Assembly (NCBI GenBank): GCA_964427405.1
Contig: CAYRUB010000004.1
Span: forward strand, 4,236-68,235
Direction of reading: 5' to 3'
From: an uncultured Planctomycetales bacterium
Lineage (GTDB): Bacteria > Omnitrophota > Gorgyraeia > Gygaellales > Profunditerraquicolaceae
DNA length: 64,000 nt
Shown here in pieces: positions 58,561 through 64,000 of the stretch (position 1 is its first letter; each line of letters opens with the position of its first letter). The translations under genes and the position numbers were made by a program. The notes beneath the pieces were generated by a model. That model made no database searches. It was not told the origin of the DNA and worked only from the letters and a program-made list of their open reading frames with translations.

Positions 58561-59799
58561 ATGGAATTTATCGCCGATTTTCATATTCATTCAAAATACT
58601 CCCGGGCCACTAGCCGTGATATGGATGTTAAGCATTTGGCGGAGTGGGCAAAATTAAAAGGCGTTACCCTTATGGGTACCGGAGATTTTACGCATCATCT
58701 CTGGCTGGAAGAGTTAAAACATACATTAGAAGATTGTGGAAACGGTTTATATAAGCATGCAGGTATATATTTTATGCTTACTGCCGAAGTAAGCAGTATT
58801 TACTCTAAGGGCGGGCGTACCTACCGCATCCATAATTTAATTTTCAGCCCTTCATTTAAAAGCGTCGATAAGATAAATGAGAGGCTGGGTAGGATAGGTA
58901 ACCTGGCTAGCGACGGCCGTCCAATATTGGGTTTGGATGCCGCAGAATTAGCGCGTATTGTCTTTGATATTGATGAAAACTGCATGATTGTACCTGGTCA
59001 TATCTGGACTCCATGGTTTTCTGTGTTTGGCTCTATGTCGGGTTTTGATAAGATTGAAGATTGTTTTGAGGCGCAGACAGAAAAGATATTCGCCCTCGAA
59101 ACCGGGCTTTCAAGTGACCCGACAATGAATTGGCGCCTGAGCGCTTTAGACAGGTTTACTTTAATCTCCAATAGCGACTCACATTCTCCTTCAAGAATTG
59201 GCCGTGAGGCAAATGTTTTTAACTGCGAACTGGATTATAAAACCATAAGGGATGTTTTAAAAACGAAAGACAAAAAAAGATTTCTTTATACCATAGAATT
59301 TTTCCCTGAGGAAGGTAAATATCATTTTGACGGCCACAGGCTTTGCGGGATCCGCTGGTCGCCCCAAGAAACTAAAGCGCATAACGGAAAATGTCCTAAG
59401 TGTGGCAAGAGTGTAACTGTGGGGGTAGCTAATCGGGTTGAAAAATTAGCTGACCGTCAAGAAGGGTTTGTTCCGGATAATGCCATACCTTTTAAGAATC
59501 TTGTTTCATTGGACCAGATAATTGCGGAAACAAAAGGCGTAGCCAAAACGAGCGTAGGGGTCGAAAGAGATTACCGCAGCTACTTAGCAAATTTTGGCAC
59601 AGAGTTTGACATATTGATGCGCGCTTCCAGGGAAGATTTACTTAAAAAGTTACCAGCTAAGGTTGTTGAAGGCGTTATGAGGGCGCGAGCCGGCAAGGTT
59701 AGCATAAAACCCGGTTACGATGGAGAATATGGGATAATTTCAATATTTGACAAAGATAAGCCCGAAGAAAAACACGAACAACAGCTTGATTTGTTCTAA
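58561..59799 (+). CDS. Endonuclease Q family PHP-domain protein (TIGR00375-like)
   Basis: DFHIHSKYSRATS, GTGDFTH, ETGLSSD, NSDSHS, GKYHFDGH, CPKC, PGYDGEYG. Confidence 0.88.
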   Translation: MEFIADFHIHSKYSRATSRDMDVKHLAEWAKLKGVTLMGTGDFTHHLWLEELKHTLEDCGNGLYKHAGIYFMLTAEVSSIYSKGGRTYRIHNLIFSPSFKSVDKINERLGRIGNLASDGRPILGLDAAELARIVFDIDENCMIVPGHIWTPWFSVFGSMSGFDKIEDCFEAQTEKIFALETGLSSDPTMNWRLSALDRFTLISNSDSHSPSRIGREANVFNCELDYKTIRDVLKTKDKKRFLYTIEFFPEEGKYHFDGHRLCGIRWSPQETKAHNGKCPKCGKSVTVGVANRVEKLADRQEGFVPDNAIPFKNLVSLDQIIAETKGVAKTSVGVERDYRSYLANFGTEFDILMRASREDLLKKLPAKVVEGVMRARAGKVSIKPGYDGEYGIISIFDKDKPEEKHEQQLDLF

Positions 59800-59807
59800 G
59801 AAATAAC

Positions 59808-59879
59808 GCGCCTGTGGCTCAACGGATAGAGCACTAGCCTCCGAAGCTGGTGGTGCAGGTTCAATTCCTGCCAGGCGCA
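59808..59879 (+). tRNA. tRNA-Arg(CCG)
   Basis: CTAGC-CTCCGAA-GCTGG; GGTTCAATTCC T-arm. Confidence 0.92.
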
Positions 59880-60021
59880 ATAAGTAATAAGTAGAAATAC
59901 ATATTGAAGATATGTGGAGCAAATATCCCATAAACTAGCTAAAAAAGTGGTTAAAGTGGTTTATATTCTGGTTTAATACGGTTCAGGTGGAACAATTAAG
60001 GCAGATAGGAGAGGTCAGGCC

Positions 60022-61086
60022 ATGAAGGCAATTTTAGTTTTAGAGGATGGTAAAAGTTTTAATGCCAACAGTGATTTAAACACAGAATGCTTCGGGGAAT
60101 TAATTTTGAATACCGCGGTAGTGGGATATCAGGAAATGATTACTGACCCTGCTAATGCCGGTAAAATTCTTGTATTGACCTATCCACTCATCGGTAATTA
60201 TGGGGTTGCTCCGAAATTTAATGAGTCTAATAAGGTTTGGGTAAGCGCTCTAGCAGTTAAAGAGAAAAGCCGTATTTATTCTAATTTTCAGGCAAAATCA
60301 AGTCTGGATGATTTTCTAAAAGAGAAAAACGCATCAGCAGTTTATAACCTTGACACGCGCACTCTGGCTGTGCATCTAAGAGAAAAGGGGCCGTTGTTTG
60401 GGATGATTTCTACCAAGGAGTTTGATTCAAAAAAGTTACTAGAAAAGATAAGCCAAATTAAGAGACAGCCTGCGCAAACTCTTTTGCCGGAAATATCGGT
60501 TTCTAAGTTAAAAATTTTAGGTAAAGGCAAGAGATTGGTAGTTTTAGACCTGGGGGTAACTAACGGTTTGCTTAAACAATTAGAAGCTTTGGGTTTTTCT
60601 TTAAATATTTTGCCTTATAATGCCAGCGTAAAACAAATCTTATCAATCAGCCCCAAGGGTGTAGTTATCTCAAGCGGGCCGGAAAATGATCCAAGCTTAA
60701 ACCAGGTAGCGCAAAATATAAAACCACTTATTGGTAAATTGCCCATCTTGGGGGTTGCTACAGGTTGTCAGGTTTTAGCAGCTGCCTTAGGGGTAGGGTT
60801 AGTCCGGCTAAAGTTAGGGCATCGGGGAGTAAATTATCCATTAGCCAGGCCAGGTTCTTTTAAAGGAGAAATTACTGTTCAGAATCACGGGTATGTTCTT
60901 GATCAGAATGCATTACGTAAGGTTAAGGGGTTAAAGGTTACTGCTTACAATTTGAATGATCATACTCCGGAAGAGATAGAAAGTAAGAAATTAAAACTGA
61001 TTGGCGTACAATATAATCCTGTGTCTGCCGGTTTTGATCAGGTGAATTCCATATTGATTAAATTTAACAGACTATTGGAGAGATAA
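60022..61086 (+). CDS. carA: Carbamoyl-phosphate synthase small subunit with a degenerate catalytic triad
   Basis: [36 protein letters not shown]; GVATGCQ and QYNPV replace GICLGHQ and QFHPE. Confidence 0.9.
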   Translation: MKAILVLEDGKSFNANSDLNTECFGELILNTAVVGYQEMITDPANAGKILVLTYPLIGNYGVAPKFNESNKVWVSALAVKEKSRIYSNFQAKSSLDDFLKEKNASAVYNLDTRTLAVHLREKGPLFGMISTKEFDSKKLLEKISQIKRQPAQTLLPEISVSKLKILGKGKRLVVLDLGVTNGLLKQLEALGFSLNILPYNASVKQILSISPKGVVISSGPENDPSLNQVAQNIKPLIGKLPILGVATGCQVLAAALGVGLVRLKLGHRGVNYPLARPGSFKGEITVQNHGYVLDQNALRKVKGLKVTAYNLNDHTPEEIESKKLKLIGVQYNPVSAGFDQVNSILIKFNRLLER

Positions 61087-61088
61087 AT

Positions 61089-64000
61089 ATGCCCAGGCGT
61101 AAAGATATAAAGAAAGTTTTGATCGTTGGTTCCGGGCCAATAGTTATCGGCCAGGCATGTGAATTTGATTATTCCGGTTCTCAGGCCTGTAAGGCTTTAA
61201 GAGAAGAAGGATACCGTACGATTTTAGTAAATTCTAACCCAGCAACGATTATGACCGACCCTGGCATGGCTGATGTTACTTACATCGAGCCGCTGACTGT
61301 GGAGGTACTTACAAAAATAATTGCCAGGGAGAGGCCAGACGCCATATTACCTACCCTTGGGGGACAAACAGGATTAAATCTAGCTTTCTTTTTAATGAAA
61401 CAGGGCGTGCTTAAAAAATACGGAGTTGAATCTATAGGTTCTTCTGTGGAGGCTATTTCTTGCGCTGAGGACAGGGATCTTTTTAAGAAGGCAATGCAGG
61501 AGATTGGAGTAGATACTCCTAAAAGCGGGATTGCTACAACCGTTAAGGAAGGAATGAAAATTGGTTTAGATATTGGGTTTCCTTTAATCTTGCGTCCTGC
61601 GTATTGTTTGGGTGGCAGCGGGGGTGCTATAGCATATAATAAAGATGAACTGGAAACTTTTCTTGCTAAGGGGATCGAGGCCAGTCCGGTTCACCAGATT
61701 TTAGTAGAACAATCTGTTTTGGGTTGGAAAGAGATTGAATTTGAAGTAATGCGTGACTGCGCGGACAACGTGATTATGATTACTTCTATGGAGAACGTTG
61801 ATCCCATGGGTGTACATACCGGAGACAGTATTGTCGTTGCTCCTGCCCAAACCTTGACTCCTGAGGAGTATACTAATTTTGTTAATCTCTGCAAAAAGAT
61901 TATTCGAAAAATCGGCATATCAGGCGGCGGGGCGAATATTCAGTTTGGGCAAAATCCGGATAATGGCAAGATTGTGATTATTGAAGTCAATCCCAGGCTT
62001 TCCCGCTCTTCGGCTTTGGCATCAAAGGCCACAGGAGTACCTATTGCCAGAATTGCTACAAAGTTAGCAATAGGCCTAACTTTACCTGAAGTAATGAATC
62101 AAGTTACCAGTAAAACCACTTCATTCTTTGAGCCGACAGTGGATTACTGCGTATTTAAAATCTGCAGATTTACTTTTGAGAAATTTCCGTATGCGGAAAG
62201 AATATTAAATACTTCGATGAAGGCCGTAGGAGAGGCAATGTCTATCGGCAGGAACTTTAAAGAAGCCCTACAAAAAGGTATACGCTCAATTGAAATAAAA
62301 CGATATGGTTTTGGCGCTGATGGCAAGGATAAGATTAGCGATGAAATGCTTAAAAGCGCGGATAGCGTTTTGCTTAAACAGATTAAGGATAAAGTTTCTA
62401 TCCCTAACGACGAGAGGCTTTTTTATATACGTTACGCATTAAAAGCCGGCTTAAGCATAGACGAAATTTATGCATTAAGCCGTATTGATCGTTGGTTTAT
62501 TGACAATATGAAACAACTGGTGGAGTTAGAGGAAGAAATTAAGCGATATAAAAACAAAAAAACAGAAGATGAACCCAGTATTCCGCAGGAATTATTGGCG
62601 CAGGCAAAAGCAGATGGGTTTTCCGATATCCAGCTCGCTTTTCTGCTGAATACCAAGGAGGAAAAGGTGAGACAATTGCGTAAAAAGAATAATTCAAAAC
62701 CAGTTTATAAATTAGTAGATACTTGTGCTGGAGAGTTTAACGCCAAGCAGCCGTATTTCTATTCAACGCAAGAAACTAAGGATGAGGCTAGGCCGAGCAA
62801 GAATAAGAAAGTGATAATTTTAGGCGGTGGCCCAAACAGGATCGGCCAGGGTATCGAATTTGACTATTGTTGCTGCCATGCTGCCTACGCGCTTAAAGAA
62901 GAGGGTGTAGATAGTATTATGGTTAATTGTAACCCGGAGACGGTCTCTACTGACTATGATACCTCTGACCGGCTTTATTTTGAACCGCTTACTTTTGAAG
63001 ACATCATGAATATTATTGAGTTGGAGAAGCCGATAGGTGTGATCGTGCAGTTTGGCGGCCAGACTCCGATTAATTTAGCGGTAGCTTTACGAGAGGCCGG
63101 AGTAAATATTTTGGGGACTAGCTCTGAAAGTATTGATATTGCCGAGGACCGTAAGAGGTTCAAGCATATGATTGATAAATTGGGCCTGTTGCAGCCGAAT
63201 AGCGGCACGGTGTTTACTTTCGAAGAGGCTCAGAAGGTAGCCAACAATATCGGCTATCCCGTATTAGTCAGACCGTCATATGTGTTGGGTGGCAGGGCGA
63301 TGGAAATTGTTTATGACGCCGAACTTTTAGAAAGATTTATTAAAGAGGCAGCTGAGGTTTCCGGAGAACACCCGATATTGATAGATAAATTCCTGGAGGA
63401 TGCCATTGAAGTGGATGTGGATTTAATCGGAGACGGGGAAACTTTCGTTATTGGTGGAATCTTGGAGCACATTGAACAGGCAGGGGTGCATTCAGGGGAT
63501 GCGGCGATGTCTCTGCCTACATATACATTATCTCCGGATATCTTAAAAAAGATAAGAGAAGCTACTTATTGCTTAGCCAAAGAATTAAATATCGTGGGTT
63601 TAATGAATGTTCAGTATGCGGTTAAAGATGCTAAGGTGTATATATTAGAGGTTAACCCCCGCGCTTCACGCACCGTGCCTTTAGTTTCTAAAGTTATCGG
63701 AATACCTCTAGCAAAGTTGGCAACCAAAGTTATGTTGGGTAAGAAGTTAAAGGATTTGGGTTTTACTGAAGAGATAATCCCACATCATGTAGCAGTGAAG
63801 GAGTCCGTTTTTCCTTTTAACCGTTTTCCAGGGGTGGATGTAATGCTGGGTCCGGAGATGAAATCTACCGGAGAAGTCATGGGGATTGATACGGATTTTT
63901 CCAGCGCTTATATCAAGAGCCAGATTGCCGCAGGCCAGAAGATTCCTAAGAAAGGCAATGTCTTTATCTCCGTGCACGACCGGGATAAAAGAGACGTGAT
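61089..64000 (+). CDS. carB: Carbamoyl-phosphate synthase large subunit, runs off the window edge
   Basis: Not in the ORF track. Read manually: [30 protein letters not shown]...GVHTGDS...[10 protein letters not shown]...[16 protein letters not shown]. Confidence 0.96.
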   Translation, partial: MPRRKDIKKVLIVGSGPIVIGQACEFDYSGSQACKALREEGYRTILVNSNPATIMTDPGMADVTYIEPLTVEVLTKIIARERPDAILPTLGGQTGLNLAFFLMKQGVLKKYGVESIGSSVEAISCAEDRDLFKKAMQEIGVDTPKSGIATTVKEGMKIGLDIGFPLILRPAYCLGGSGGAIAYNKDELETFLAKGIEASPVHQILVEQSVLGWKEIEFEVMRDCADNVIMITSMENVDPMGVHTGDSIVVAPAQTLTPEEYTNFVNLCKKIIRKIGISGGGANIQFGQNPDNGKIVIIEVNPRLSRSSALASKATGVPIARIATKLAIGLTLPEVMNQVTSKTTSFFEPTVDYCVFKICRFTFEKFPYAERILNTSMKAVGEAMSIGRNFKEALQKGIRSIEIKRYGFGADGKDKISDEMLKSADSVLLKQIKDKVSIPNDERLFYIRYALKAGLSIDEIYALSRIDRWFIDNMKQLVELEEEIKRYKNKKTEDEPSIPQELLAQAKADGFSDIQLAFLLNTKEEKVRQLRKKNNSKPVYKLVDTCAGEFNAKQPYFYSTQETKDEARPSKNKKVIILGGGPNRIGQGIEFDYCCCHAAYALKEEGVDSIMVNCNPETVSTDYDTSDRLYFEPLTFEDIMNIIELEKPIGVIVQFGGQTPINLAVALREAGVNILGTSSESIDIAEDRKRFKHMIDKLGLLQPNSGTVFTFEEAQKVANNIGYPVLVRPSYVLGGRAMEIVYDAELLERFIKEAAEVSGEHPILIDKFLEDAIEVDVDLIGDGETFVIGGILEHIEQAGVHSGDAAMSLPTYTLSPDILKKIREATYCLAKELNIVGLMNVQYAVKDAKVYILEVNPRASRTVPLVSKVIGIPLAKLATKVMLGKKLKDLGFTEEIIPHHVAVKESVFPFNRFPGVDVMLGPEMKSTGEVMGIDTDFSSAYIKSQIAAGQKIPKKGNVFISVHDRDKRDV

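Overview
A 64-kb bacterial chromosome segment spanning the replication origin. Genes run on the minus strand up to ~44.05 kb and on the plus strand after it, with DnaA boxes and a DUE on either side of dnaA. Gene content and a giant modular protein suggest a PVC-related anaerobe such as Omnitrophota (inference, not tested). Most of the window is housekeeping: 2-oxoacid:ferredoxin oxidoreductase, dxs, xseAB, ymdB-rny, uvrD, rarA, 6S RNA, pheST, trk, thrS-infC-rpmI-rplT, 5 tRNAs, coaC-rpoZ-gmk, parAB, yidC, dnaA-dnaN-dciA-gyrB-gyrA, glmS and the pyr/car genes. The main candidate for a novel system is a 2971-aa exported protein (13267-22182). It carries about 8 enzyme-like modules (CheD-like deamidase, HD, JAB/MPN, GGDEF-like, SelO/kinase-like, two GNAT-like, MTase-like) between N- and C-terminal cap regions. 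The modules are separated by repeated (A/V/S)SSP linkers that share codon usage, and the array is bookended by GG(L/I)DF motifs. Other highlights: an intact EF-G fused behind a transmembrane helix and coiled coil; a CarA lacking its whole catalytic triad; a GH39-like protein lacking its acid/base Glu; no rnpA at its usual locus; a parS/Noc-site hybrid upstream of parA; a preference for 16-bp promoter spacers; small palindromes inserted in frame into pheT and xseA; and a triple-hairpin region between infC and rpmI. All domain calls come from motif recognition by eye; no database searches were run.
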